Positions 13,431 through 26,884 of a stretch of DNA of 64,000 nucleotides are shown here, piece by piece. The stretch lies in NCBI GenBank assembly GCA_949358305.1, contig OX442314.1, forward strand, positions 19,902,001-19,966,000. The letters run 5' to 3'. The first letter of the stretch is position 1. Each line of letters opens with the position of its first letter. The DNA is from Strigamia acuminata (taxonomy: Eukaryota). A model generated the notes under the pieces. That model did no database searches. It worked only from the letters and a program-made list of their open reading frames with translations, and was not told where the DNA came from. Both the position numbers and the translations under genes were made by a program.

Positions 13431-16360
13431 TTTGAAGAATCTAAAATAAATAAACTTAAGATCCAGAATAAGAAAAGACCAAGAGAATGAGAATTTCTCA
13501 TTAAAAATTAAAAATTACATTTAAATTAATGAATTTGTATAAAAAAAAAAATCTATTCATTACACAAGTAATCCCCTGCCAGATACCACTCAAAAGCGCA
13601 CCGAAGTGACAATTCTCATTCTAGCTCATCAATGCACAACAGCTCATTTAATTTCTACTTTGGAAACTGTTGTGTATTTAAATCAATGATGTCGATATCT
13701 CTGTAATAATGTTTCTTAAGTGCTTTCGAACTTTTTTTGCTTGTCGTTTCTCTTACGGAATACCGTAGGGGTCAAGTGTTATTCTTTGGTGATGATGCAT
13801 CCCATGTGTATTATTTCTTTTCGCATGCAGATGTAATGGCGAGCTGTCGTTCATCGTTATTTCATGCCACAATACATCTTTATCCTCTACAGAAACAAGC
13901 TAAAAGTATACGACTTAAATAGTCATTAAAAATAAAATTCCCAACTTTTAGAATCACTTAAAATGTGCATACCCAATTCCTATCTCAAACATTGGTATGA
14001 ACATTTGCTCATTAAGTGATTACCACTACAGAAAAGAGTGAAATGTTAATCTTCCATTATGCGTGGATCATTAGTCAACCCCTGCTGAATTGGACACAAA
14101 AGATTAAACCAATTGGCTAGGTCGATATGCACGTGAGCAATTACTCTAATTACTTTTGCCAATTTAATCCAGATGAGGCAAATTGTTGACACACAAATAC
14201 AACTGCGTGGACACAACGAGTCTACTGGTATGTTTGCCAAACTAAACTCTTCATCATCTTAACAAATTTTTAAGTTCAATGCCCTGAATATTGCAGCCAA
14301 TAAAACAACTTCACGTACGGTAAATAAATTTAAAAAAAAATAATAATAATTATATTTAAAAAAAAATTGTGATTAAACGATGCTACAGTTTGCGTATCTT
14401 AATTCCAAATTCAAACTGCGCATCACTGCACAACTGAAATTAGGAAATGAATGGGATATGTAGTACAAATTTGGCATAAAGAAGTTGTATTGTTTCAACA
14501 TAACGAGAATGCCTCCCAGCTCCCAGCTCCGTCTTCAAGGTCAGGTCAAAAGTTTCCATCTGGAGAACCTCTTGTTAGCAGGCTTCAGGAATGTAACTGG
14601 CAAAGCCAATAATAATATATCGAAGTTGTGCAAATTATTTAAAGAAACTACATTTCCATGATAAAGATCAAGGCTCGTTGCCCTCAACCTTTAACTGCTT
14701 GATCGTGTTGAATAGGAAACTGAAACTAACATTAAATAAATAATTCGAGAAATGAAATTCTTGTTTCTGGAAACACCAATCACCCATCCCACCGACATCA
14801 TTGTTTCGAAAAGGGTCCAAATGTCCAATAAAGCGTTCACCATCGAAAACCAAAATCCCTCATCTGACCAGGTGCATTTTATTCTACAATTTTCCTGGCG
14901 CTTTGCGCGAGATCTCCTTTCCCAAGGTAAATCACACCGCCATATTTCCATCCACCTCCACTGTGTGTTCCCACATTTTCTATTTTATCGCCCGATTCCA
15001 TCACTAGCCGCCCTCGCCCTCGGCGCTCCACTTTATGACTTCCGTTGCTTGATTTATTCCCACCAGAGCCCACCAGGGTGCGTGGCTAATTTGGCCACAG
15101 GGAATTACAAGAGGGCGTTATATTAAGAGACTCCTCCCTACACCCATGCAGGTAAAGTATAATTATACCTATACATCATTTTGCCAACTTTAAAATTAGA
15201 AATTAAACTGAAATTTGCACATAAATCAGTGTACCTTAATATAAGTTGTGATATAAAAGAAGCAACGTTTCTACTTTAGTCGTACAATTATCCCGACTGG
15301 ATTAAACTAATATGAACCTTTTGAGCCCAGTCCGCGAGATGTCCAGCTGCTTATTTCGGAAATGACAAGCCGTTTCCTCCAATTAGAGGAAGCAGACACA
15401 GATGCCATAGAGCTCCAAAACCGTTAACTACGTTTCATAATGAACCATTAAGACTGAAACGAAGCATCCTTGTTTTTCTTTCTTTTCATCTTTCTGTGAT
15501 AAGATGCAGGAAAGAAATCGTAAGACTTAAAAAGAGCACCGTCATTAAGATGCGTGAATGGGTATAAACATCCTTGTTATAGTCACCTGTATAACATAGA
15601 AAAATTCACCATTATTTACAAGTCCAGGGGGCGACGTTAAAAGTTGCACTTAACTAAAAAGGAAATTTAATTTCGAGTAAACAAAATATACAAAAAGGTA
15701 AATTGCAATTCCGTTTGCAAAAACTCTACGTTTATTTGTTTTTGTATATTGGTTTTTCTCCCACTATTGACCTGAGCTTAATTACAAAATGCTTTAACAC
15801 GATAAATATAAATATAAAAACAGCAGGATGCTTAAACGTTAAAGAATCAATTAATTCACACAAAATATTAAATAAACACAAGCATAATTCATTATTGGTG
15901 TACTTAAAATACTATAGCCTACCTATTATTAAAAACCAATAAATAATTACTCTCTTTTATTACGTTATTAATGTGTATTGATAACAAAGTATAAACTTCT
16001 TGTTTGTGGTGAACAAACTTTGTAAACTTATTTAATGATTAATAAATATTTCATAATAATTATTTTATACCTCCTATAATTCGAAAGTAGTAACTGAGGG
16101 TTATTTTTCCTTGTCTATGTCTAGGTTTCTTGAGTGTCCTGTGCATATTCCATGAATGTTTCTTATGTATTTCAAAAATGTATTTTACCATACATTTTTT
16201 TTTACCAAATGGGGCATATACCTACAGTATATTTAAGTATATTTACTTTTTATTAATTAATTTACTTTTAATTTAATTAATTTTAATTTTTTAACAAATA
16301 TAAAATAACAAACATTAACATTACTGCTAAAAATAAAAAAAAAATAAAAGTAAAAATTTT

Positions 16361-16432
16361 CACAGACAACAGGATTTGAACCTGTGTAGAAGGATTCCTA
16401 GTCCATTGCCTGAACCACTGGGCCACCACTAC
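16361..16432 (-). pseudogene. tRNA-derived sequence (SINE head or tRNA pseudogene)
   Basis: On - it reads GTAGTGGTGGCCCAGTGGTTCAGGCAATGGACTAGGAATCC...ACAGGTTCAAATCCTGT: A-box, anticodon-like arm and B-box. The acceptor stem does not pair properly. Confidence 0.6.
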
Positions 16433-17252
16433 ACACTATTGTTGCCTTCATGCAGGCAGTCATGTTGGTGAACAAAGTTGTGATGTCATATGTCATGTGA
16501 TATTAAATTACCTGGGTTCCAGAGTAAGGTTTGAACAGGCTAATCACCAAGTGTAGTGCTACACTTGACCTATTTACTCAAAAAAGTGATAAAAGGATGA
16601 TTCTACACACAGTAAAGAAACCTGTGTGTTTTGACTGTTTGTAACAATGTGAAAGAGCGTTGCATTTAAATAATGAAAGTATTGACTGTTTAGATAATAA
16701 CAATACTTTATTTTGACAAAAATTAAACAATTGTGAGGGACACACTCCTGCACTCTCCTTGTCAGTTTGAGTTATTTTACAAGTAAGCACTAAATTATAA
16801 CTTAAATTATAAATAAATTGACTAATTGAAATAAATAGAAAATAATAAGATGGAAAATGAATAGCTTCACTCGCGGCGTGCAAGGATGGCAATCGTTCTC
16901 CGAGCTCGTTACCGGTACTTGAAATGGCAATGCTTCTTCCAAAACGCATGTGGATCGGATAATCCAATATTCTGTATAATAACAACAGGAAAATCCCAAA
17001 AGTATCAAACACACGATGGCAATTGAAATAATCTGCTTGTGTATCGAAATTCAGATTAAACAAGTACAGGAATTCCTGTTCAATTGACCACTAACAGATA
17101 CAGCGGTGAAATCCCTTCCGTTGGTCAACTAGTGGCTGCAGCAGATGACCCGGTGTCACACAGCAGTGGACTGAATTTCTCTCTCTTTTGAGAAAAGACA
17201 CTAACTATTCCTCTTATCTTTTATGGCAAAGACAGTAACCAAATTTGGCTTA

Positions 17253-17414
17253 AGCCTAGTTCACATGCATGCTTTGCTGCATGCGCTAACAGACAAAATT
17301 GCACAAAATCGCATGGTGCTTCGGCCAACGCGCGTTGGCGATGCAAACTTGTTCACATCAACGCACATGCACAAAGCAGCTTTGGTGCGCTAACGCGTGC
17401 ATGTGAACTAGCCT
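17253..17414. mobile_element. PIF/Harbinger (Tourist-like) MITE
   Basis: TTA TSD on both sides. TIRs AGCCTAGTTCACATGCA and TGCATGTGAACTAGCCT match at 16/17. Confidence 0.82.
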
Positions 17415-19353
17415 TTAGAATAACAGGGTAGTTATTCTAAGCAATGAGTCCAATAAATCAAAGAGTGTTCTCCAACTCAATCCAGAAATAATGTTGTATT
17501 TTCAAGAGTGGTTTTTCAGAGATGTTTCATGTTCAATTTGTGGTTTCAGACTGAGGAGAATTCCTTGCTCTGCAGGAAGTAGCATTTCCTGTGTTCAATT
17601 TAACAAAATTCCCACAAAAGCACAGGAGCTACATCCTGTGTAAATTACATAATATTTCTTACTCAAAATAGTAAGGGGGTTTTACTTACAGGAAATGGTA
17701 TTTCCTGTGAAATACCATTTCCTGTAAAGTAATTAGCTTACTGGATTTCCATGGAAACCCCCTTGGCACCAGTACCAGCATAAATGCAACTTGTGCCAAA
17801 CTCCTTAAAATATCCTAGAGAAAATTTTCTGTTAGCCATATCATTTTTCAAAATAAATAAAACTTTCTTTCAAAATAAAACAAATAAATAGTAGTGATAT
17901 TTTGAAATCACTACAATGTTTGAGTTGTAGTATTGTGCGATGTGGTGTGCTGGGTAATACTGGTTACAGATGGTATCATCCGCAAGGGCAGAAAGATCAT
18001 TAAGGTGCAATAAGTTCCAGAGAGTCAAGCCTTTTAATCTAAAACAATGAGGGGTAATCTTTGACATCCAAGGGATACGAAATGCAGAATGAGGTGCTCA
18101 GGGCTGGACTGGGTACAAATTTAGTGCCGGAAAATCTGGATGTTCGGGTCACAATTAATAATTTCATGTAAATCAGCGTGCTTGCCACGCGTCTCGTTTT
18201 AACCACCAAAGAAGTAAAATTGTTGTTATATTAACCATCGCCTTTTCACTTGCAACAACACCCACCGCTGTGATGCCGGATTTATTCGCCACTCGCAAAG
18301 AGGTCATTTGTGCAACCTTTGCTGAAATCATGCAGGAATTCCATTGTCATTGTTAACGCTAACAACGCGAGTCTTCTTCCCGTTTTTTTGTGTTAAAACC
18401 AAAACAAAACCAATAATTCAACTACTTATGGACGTGTTTAAAATTGAAAATGCTAACATAAATGTGATAGTGTTATGATTGATAAAGTCTTAACACAAAT
18501 TGTTGTGATTAAACCAGCATGCTTTTATTGGAATTTGTTTATTCCATGTATGTGGGAAAGTTTATTTCGGATTTACGTATGTCACATGCAGCTGACAAAG
18601 CTGCTAGACATCAATTCCAGAAGGCGTATTGTACTAGAACTAGAACATGAATTTGATAATAATTCGTGTATCTGTAAACAGAAATACACACCAAAAATTG
18701 AAAACAGCCATAAACCATCATCAAAAACTGCTGTTAGCAGGCCATTCTTGCCTATAACTTATGTCTGTTTCTTCATCAATCAGTCCAGAATTGAATAAAT
18801 CAGTTAAACGGTTTACTATCAATTTTTAATACTTGCTAATAATGAAAGTTACATTTCAAATTGTTTACCTCGGTTTATCCTTCAATTATGAATCAATCAC
18901 CTTCATTCCTCGCAATTGATTTTGGTTTTTATAAACTGCATTCAAAATGATTGCCACACGACTTCGATCCAGGATCGAACTTTCAATTGTTATGATGCTT
19001 GCAGGTGAATCATCTGTGAGAGAAATAAAGAAGGACGTCTCCAATAACGAGAAAAAGTATGTTTACTTGCATTAAAAACAATACAGCAAAGAGAGTGTGG
19101 ATTACGTAAGAATACATCAAGCGCAGACGGTTTTTTACAATGACGACTTGGTCGCCATGACAACAAGGAAAGAGTAATGCACACGTAATTTACCAAGAAT
19201 CCAACTTCATCACCACCAATAAACGTTAGAGCTTAGAAGTGAGTACCGTAAATGTGCTCATAGAACACCCGCCTGTATATTGACAGAACCTAGATCCCCC
19301 GCAGAAGAAATGATTAGGTAATAATTCAAATAGATTTTTAATCTCAAAAATTT

Positions 19354-19647
19354 CATTTTTACACCTAAAAAGTGCATTTTTACACATAAAAAGTGCATTT
19401 TTACACATAAAAAGTGCATTTTTACACATAAAAAGTGCATTTTTACACATAAAAAGTGCATTTTTACACATAAAAAGTGCATTTTTACACATAAAAAGTG
19501 CATTTTTACACATAAAAAGTGCATTTTTACACATAAAAAGTGCATTTTTACACATAAAAAGTGCATTTTTACACATAAAAAGTGCATTTTTACACATAAA
19601 AAGTGCATTTTTACACATAAAAAGTGCATTTTTACACATAAAAAGTG
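19354..19647. repeat. 21-bp minisatellite (CATTTTTACACATAAAAAGTG), 14 copies
   Basis: Directly visible, near-perfect tandem array. It generates the spurious NALFMCK/MHFLCVK ORFs. Confidence 0.97.
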
Positions 19648-20917
19648 CATTTCCCATTCTGTCATGTGGCTGATCTTGAATAAATTCAAAATACAAAATG
19701 GATGCCAATTCAACTTTTAACGCTTCTTTCGGCATCAAAATTAAGTACTTTCAAAAGCATGTAAAAATTAATAAAACACATCAAAATGTAGAAAAAAAAA
19801 CAAGCTTTCTTTTAAAAAAAAGTACATACTTCTAGCCCTAATGGTTCGTGAAATACGAACGAAAATGCGTTTCGGTCGTGTAGATAGAGTGGAAACAAGA
19901 TCGCACACTTTCGTTTCGGCCCCAAAATTGTCAACTTTTAATGCGTAAAACAATTTCAAAAAAAAAATGTAGGTTTACTAAATTGGCATCTGTCTGTCTT
20001 TTAAAAAAAAGTACGTTACTATATGTGATGGATCATTAGCTACATGTAAAAACAAACCCCTAACTTTCAGTATTTCTTTCTACCGGTAGCCCTAATGAAA
20101 CAATCTACCAGCATTATTGCGTTATTGCGTCACAGATTTCTACAAAACTAATGAATAAGTGCGAACAGTCTAATCACACTTGTAGAAATTAGACTTTCTA
20201 AAAGTCACAGCTTAAAGTGGTTCATGTGTGAACCACGCAAAATATTTTAGTTGTTTCTAGAAACTCCCTAAAACAATATTAGCAGAAACCTTGAATGCTT
20301 TCAATGTTCTAAGCTTTATATTGAGAAACGTGTATCTTTTTATCAGATTTTTACAAATTTTAAATAAGGTCGTGAACTTTAAGACTAATTATCACACTGA
20401 CCACAACTTTTAATTCCCCTTAAGGCTACTCATGTCGTTGACCACTCCTTTTACTTTTAATAATCTCACTGGGATTACCTGTGTCTCCAGACAACACACA
20501 CACACTTGACAACAGGTAACAGATGAATAATCAACTTTTCTAAACTACATTTACTTAAAATCTTTATTACGTAAAGAAAGAAAAAAGTAAAACATGCAAA
20601 TTTGCACGTAAAATAAAAGCAATTCACACTACATAAAAATTATTTATATTTATATTTTCATCCCCCAGAATAGAAATCAATACTGTGCTAAATTAACAAA
20701 TATTTGCCCACACTTCTTCTCAAAAACCGAAACCGTATAGATATTCTACTGGGATTAATCATCATAAAAATTAAGCACTTGGAAACATACATCTAACAAG
20801 TAAGTTGCATTATTTTGTCTTCAAGGTATTTTTAGCCAATTTTACTCATTTTTATCAGATTGTTTGTCAGATAAATATAGACTATTAAACAAAATTAATA
20901 AACTATTAAAACAACAT

Positions 20918-21406
20918 TAGATGGGTTTAAAGTTTCGGTTTATACCGTTTATGCAGTTTATATAAACGGCGAAAAGAGTATGCAAAAACATGCCTAACCG
21001 TGAATGTGTTCGTTTTTAGGTCCGTTTGTTGTGTCGTTTTTGCTTCGCAATCGCACTAGTATATATGGTGTATAAAGATTTCTTTATTTTGTTTAACCAA
21101 CGAATTGTGGTTGGTTGTGGCTCCCTTACTCGAACTCAATTTAGCATTTACTCACATTTTTGGAGGTGGATGCTTCGGATGAATGTATTTATGGCATTTG
21201 AAAGTCTGACCCCTTCGATCAAACTTTCGAGGCGGCCATTTTGAATTTGATTGTAGAAACCAAAACCCGACAGGAACCGATTCATAAATCACTCAAGTCA
21301 TAGTTTTGGTTTTTGTGGTTTTTGCTGGTGGTTTTTGGCTGCTTTTGATGCCATTCCGTTTATAGAAACGGTAAAAACTGTAAAAACTGAAACTTTGAAT
21401 GCACTT
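20918..21406. mobile_element. Old degenerate TIR element (hAT-like)
   Basis: Left end TAGATGGGTTTAAAGTTTCGG...CCGTTT and right end AAACGG...CTGAAACTTTGAATGCACTTA are weakly inverted-complementary. Confidence 0.35.
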
Positions 21407-21408
21407 AA

Positions 21409-22038
21409 AGGTCATACGAAGAGAAAAATAAAAATTAAGAAAAAGATTACGCATGTCATTATTAAACCAAACCCGTTGTTCTTGAGTGATCAATTGTTTC
21501 CAGATTATTATATCGTTTGTTTAAAGTTTGGAAAATTGTTAAACGTCCTCCATTTGTAGTTTACGAAGGTTTCAAAAAGTTGCCGTTGGTGGCGCTTTTT
21601 ATGACGTCATCGGCGACAAACGAACAGCTTTTTAGCATGGGCTTGGTTTCATTTAAGAGTTTTGAAATTTTTTTTCCATTAATTTGACAGTACTGTTAGG
21701 TTATTGGGCTTTTAATATTCAGTAAATAATTATTTACTATTTGGTGCATGCGTATATGTCCAAAATAACTAATAAAAAGTTTTCATAGCTCTTAATGAAG
21801 CCAAGCCCATGCTAAAAAGCTGTTCGTTTGTCGCCGATGACGTCATAAAAAGCGCCAACAACGGCAACTTTTTGAAACTTTCGTAAACCAAAAATGGAGG
21901 ACGTTTAACAATTTTTCAAACTTTAAACAAACGATATAATAATCTGGAAACAATTGATCACTCAAGAACAACGGGTTTGGTCTAATAATGACATGAGTAA
22001 TCTTCTTGGTAATTTTTATTTTTCTCTTCCTATGCCCT
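21409..22038. mobile_element. Foldback MITE with TTAA TSD and AG...CT ends (Kolobok-like)
   Basis: Two ~250-bp inverted arms (21409-21659 and 21789-22038) are highly similar. TTAA at 21405-08 and 22039-42. Termini AGGTCATACGAAGAG and CTCTTCCTATGCCCT. Confidence 0.85.
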
Positions 22039-23157
22039 TTAATAATTTATCAAAAAAATTTTAATTTGTAATACCACAATTGATTTCCGAAGTGCAGTAG
22101 CGATGCGCCCACGTATGTTACATGGGCGCATTCAAATTGGTTAAAGCAAATACTTAAACTTTGTTTAAATAAAAAAAAATAAAAAAAATGAAATTAATGA
22201 CTTCTTCGTTTTATGGAGAGAAGACGCTGATACACTAAGGCGCTCCAGAAAAGAGTCCATACAACCTTTTCGTTTTACTGAAAGAGGGCGCATCTAACAA
22301 TTATAGACAATTAAAAACAATTAAAACACGTCATTCACTTGACTGAATGTGACATCATATCCTGCAGCAAAAATAGCCAAAAACGTCGCAGAACGCCCTG
22401 GTAGAACCTAGTATGGGAACTTGGCATAAAACATAATCAGATTATTCTGAACCAGTTTGAATGCACCTAATGTTAATTAATCCTGATAGATAATGTTCAT
22501 TTAAAATTATTTAATTTGTTAATTAATTGAATAACTTAAGCAATCTGAAAATCAGCAGATCAAAACAGTAATTATATCGACCTACGTCCTAAAAAAGTAA
22601 AAATAAACTAAAAACAATCTGAATTCTACAAAATCTAGGACTTGGTATCGAGCGCCAGCTTTCATGATCCAGTCAGGTGCATTGACCACTGAATCCAATC
22701 GAGTACTCAAATGGAGCCACGACTGAAAACCATCAACTGTCAGAAAAGTTAAAATACGTCCAGATTGGCAAGCAATGATGAGCAATAACCGAAAAAAGAA
22801 CAATCCTATTCAGCTTATGCCAAAGACGCATAGCAAATTGTCTATTTTGAATTTGTAGAACAAAATATCAAAGCTATCTCAGATTTAATAGTGAAAATTA
22901 CAACGTACTCTGCCTTTAATGTTGAGAAACAAACTGAAATATAAAAAAAATAAATGGAAACGCGTTTTGTAAAAAAAAAAGAAAACGCACCACAAGATTG
23001 GACTGGTCATAATGCCAGCAAGCATCTTAACACAAGTAATAACCAAGAAAATTCTTCCTGTGTCACGTACTTTAAAATTTACTGAGTGTATATGAACACA
23101 GTTCTCCAGATAAGTGAAAGAATTGAATTCTATTTTTCTGTAAAACCACGTAGTGTA

Positions 23158-23370
23158 CAGTCGTGGAAATAAAAACTTCCTTTCAGTTTAGCTGTTTTAA
23201 GTTTATCCATCATTATTTGCCCGGTCTATCTTTTAATACTGTTGTTAGGTTGGGCAAGACGAGAGACCGGGTCAAGATTGATGTCGTTGAATCTCAATGG
23301 ATTTTTATGCCACCTGGTAGATAAAATTAAAACAGCTAAACTAAAGTGAAGTTTTTTTTGTCCATGACTG
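23158..23370. mobile_element. Tc1/mariner-type MITE with ~50-bp TIRs
   Basis: TA flanks. CAGTCGTGGAAATAAAAACTTCCTTTCAGTTTAGCTGTTTTAA pairs imperfectly with TTAAAACAGCTAAACTAAAGTGAAGTTTTTTTTGTCCATGACTG. Confidence 0.75.
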
Positions 23371-23679
23371 TACATGTGGCTGGTAAATACATGTGACTAA
23401 ATAAAAATTCCATATTTCTTCCACTCATTTAATGCATTCATTTACAAGGAAAAAGAAATGACTATTTCAACCTCTAAATTTAGCCAATTACATATCAAGT
23501 ATGAAAAGTACTTGTACTTGGTACAAACTGAAACGGAACGTTTACAATTTTCACAAAAACCAAAATTAGAAATTGATCCAGATCAATCAATGTGCAGAGT
23601 GCCATCAAACCCAACATTGTCACGTTCCATCCGGTTTAAAAGGTGAATGAAAATCAAACCAGTAAGGCTGACCGCAGAG

Positions 23680-24077
23680 GGCGTCACAATGCAGTGTAAA
23701 CCACCTGACTCCCCCTCCGCACGAGAAATAGACTCAACTTTTCTCTCGTTTCGAATATTGACTCCATTCGTCCAGCGCATGCGCCGCGCTCCTCACAATC
23801 TTGCTTGGACCTACATAGCAAACGGCAAAGCTGAGATTCACTAGTCTATCAGCGCAATTTCTCATTCCTCCGCACCGTCCGACATCAGCGATTCACCTGA
23901 GATGCTCCGCCCACATGTAAGCTGCGGAAAATGAACGCCCGCCGAGGTCATCTGTGAAGGAGGAGTCTGCATCCGTCGGCCATGAAGGTCGCCGCACCCG
24001 GTTAATGGAGAAACGCCCGCGTCTCTAACCACATCTTCACCTTCGTCAAGACACATCAATTACCCAGCATTCCGCGA
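23680..24077 (+). promoter_or_regulatory. Putative promoter and 5' leader of the alpha-mannosidase II gene
   Basis: GC/CpG-rich island directly upstream of the ATG. NRF1/Ewg-like palindrome GCGCATGCGC at 23775-84. Inr-like TCATTC at 23862-67. The TSS is not demonstrated. Confidence 0.4.
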
Positions 24078-24464
24078 ATGGTGAGCGCCGTTTCTCACAA
24101 CATGAGGGTGTTCCTCCGTCGAGGTACTTTGCGTTACGTGGTGGTTTGCGCGGCAGTCCTTTCCATTCTGCTCTACATGTATTTCGTTAATTCGGGTGGT
24201 TCCTCCTCACTGAGTGTCTCTCGAACCGGAAAAGAAGATTCGGGCTGGCTGAAAAAAACATGGAACGACGTGGAAGAGCATCAAGTGTATGAAGAGAATG
24301 CACGAGCAATGTGTCCAATTATGAGTCTGGCGCAGGTCGATATCAGCACAAGCAAAACTTATGAGACACTCAATTTCGACCCTAAATATAAAGAATTTTG
24401 GGATGACAACTTCGAACGAAGATATACCAAGAGACGCACCAAGTGGAACAAACTTCCTCTTAAA
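24078..24464 (+). CDS. alpha-Man-II: Golgi alpha-mannosidase II, coding exon 1 (cytoplasmic tail, type II TM anchor, stem)
   Basis: Basic N-tail, then hydrophobic VVVCAAVLSILLYMYFV, then a stem ending WNKLPLK|GTAAGA (phase 0). It joins in frame to [13 protein letters not shown]. An alternative start at ATG 24102 has a CAAC context. Confidence 0.85.
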
Positions 24465-25580
24465 GTAAGACAATCCACCTTTATTACTTCAATTTAAAGG
24501 ACATTCAACTTGACCTACTATATGTTTTTACCCATTTGCTAATTGAATTTCCAAATTTAAACTCCAAATTTAGGTCAGGTGACAATTTTCATTTGATGCA
24601 AAATTTAAACAGGTGTGTGCAGCCGAATGAATGGAATATTTTTCAAACAGGTGTAAAGCCGATATTTTTATATCAAAATAAGAGGAAAAAATTAAAGGTC
24701 AGGAACTACTTCTACCCACCCCTCCCCACGTCTAAGCTTGATTACAAATACAGTTTTTTATACACTGTTGCGAAATAGGAAGTATAGTTTAGTTACTGAG
24801 TGTCCTTGTTGATTGATTTATATTGGATATATTAAACATTTAATAATGACTCAGGTTGACTGAAGCCAGCTTTTAAGCAAAACTAACTTAGTAAAGGGGA
24901 AAAAATTATTTCTTTAAATAATTATTCATCAATAATATATTTTTTAAAAGAAATAGTTGAATAATTTATCACAGTGTATTAGGAATATTCAGAAAATATT
25001 CTGCACTTGCCAATTCGCGTCAAAATTTTGCATTTTAATTTCTCTGGAATTACGTATTTAAACCAGCTAGAGTGGTTCCATTAAATAAAAATGTACCATT
25101 ACTCCTAAAACCAAACTCCAGAATGGCGACCAAAGCTTTCAGGTGGGATGAATAAAAACTGCCATTATTCTGAGATGATTTCAACAATTTGGTCTATTGC
25201 TCCTTTGCTTTGTTCAAAAATAAACAACTCCAAAGTTGCTGGTTCCCTACTTTGCATTTTTGATTGTTTTGTCATTAATTTTTTTATCAAAAGTTATGGA
25301 ACACTTACAAGAAATGCAACAGTTCCAATTGTCAAAAATTCAAAATGGAGATTGCTTAAAATGCAGAGTACAAAACAGTTGCTGAATACTCATATTGGTA
25401 TTGTTTATTCGTTCAATAAAATCGTTTAAAAAGAAGGATTTTTGTATAATTCATCAATAACCAATCAAAAAAGTAATACTCCGTATAAGTTTAAGCAATT
25501 AGCAATAAAACGATTGTTGCAAAAATTGACATGTATGAGTAAATCAATTATTGCATTATTGCATCAATTCAATTAGAATA

Positions 25581-25947
25581 AGGGGTTTCATAAATGACAC
25601 GCTGAAGTGGTTATTACGATTGTGACGATTATTGCGCTGAAGTGATTATCACGTGACCTATGCGAACCAATCAGCGCTTCAGTGCTTATTTATAATCGTC
25701 TGAAAAGAAGTTTTTAGTGCTGAAGAGTGCTTAAACTCGGTTATAAATATTTAAAAAAAAATAAAATAAAATAATTAATTTAATTTAAAAAATAAATAAA
25801 TAAAAAAATAAAAAAAATAAAAAATAATTAAAGTAAAAGTCTTGTGACATACAGAATAATCACTTGGACCTGATGTGGGTCCTCAATAATGCAGTGATTC
25901 TGATTATCGGAACAATCACTTCAGCGCATGTCATTTATGAAACCCCT
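25581..25947. mobile_element. PIF/Harbinger-like MITE in mannosidase intron 1
   Basis: TIRs AGGGGTTTCATAAATGACA(C)GCTGAAGTG and CACTTCAGCGCATGTCATTTATGAAACCCCT, with TAA/TTA-type flanks. Confidence 0.75.
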
Positions 25948-26884
25948 TAATGTTTCAATAAACCAATTGTTGCTGCAATTTGATTATATTGTCTCAATAA
26001 ACCAATTGCTGCCCCAATTGCATTGTTTCAATAAACCAAATGTTACCCCATTATATCATTAGATAAAAAAATTGATACAACAATTTTCATTGTTGCATTG
26101 CATGAATTATACATATCGTTTCATGAAGATTGATTGATGTTTGCTGCAGTATTAACATCAGTTGTTTTCGAAAAGAAAAACAATGTTGTATTTCACGTTT
26201 CTTTGAATAACTGAGTTTACCTTCAATTCAAAACAAAAATCCTCTAAAAATTTAATTGACACAACATCACTACTTCTGTCTAAAAATATATTGCACGCAT
26301 CAACTAAATATTGCTAAAAATACAAGCACAAAAGGTGCCGACAGACTTATTACAGTTTTTTCTTTTTATAAAATGTCTTCATCCATTTTTAAATTCTCAA
26401 CCTAAATTTTGAAATAGAAGTGTACGCTATAATCTAGACAATTAATGAATTAATCGCAAACCCAGGTGCTGCCTGTTAAAAATGCAAGGCCTTATCATGC
26501 ACGAGCTCGCGTAATTCCCATCTTCAAGTAATCAATGATAAAAAATTAAACCCCCAAACTACATCATTAGCTCAGTTGGTGGCTCCTAATCTGTATTTAT
26601 AATCGCTTTCACGACGGAAACAAGTTCAGGAATAGGGGGAGGGAAAAGTCACGCAATTCCCTAACGCAACACACAAAAATTCAAACGAAATAAAATTAAT
26701 ACTTTAATTTAAATCACGATTCCTTATTTCGCTGTACAGATAAGATAAGAAACTGTCAGCCATAGGGCGTGCCAATAGTGCATCTGTGTGTACTGACACA
26801 CCTTAAAAACTTTTTCTAGTTATGTCTACACGTCTCACTTTACCATTTGCAAAATAAATACAAGGAACTCGAAAACGTCACAAC

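Noticed and set aside
14668..15126. Cluster of overlapping 60-124-aa ORFs in a GC-richer patch
   Set aside because: No recognisable domain or consistent splice frame; may be regulatory/UTR sequence but cannot be supported.
16361..16432. Functional tRNA gene (also 13171-13252 and ~56200)
   Set aside because: Acceptor/anticodon stems are mismatched and the cassettes sit in repeat contexts; treated as tRNA-derived.
18099..19260. hAT-like end CAGGGCTGGACTGGG followed by possible decayed transposase
   Set aside because: No matching TIR, and no transposase motif could be read in any frame I tried.
19226..19738. 170-aa and 151-aa ORFs with NALFMCK/MHFLCVK repeats
   Set aside because: Artefacts of a stop-free 21-bp minisatellite; no splice or promoter support.
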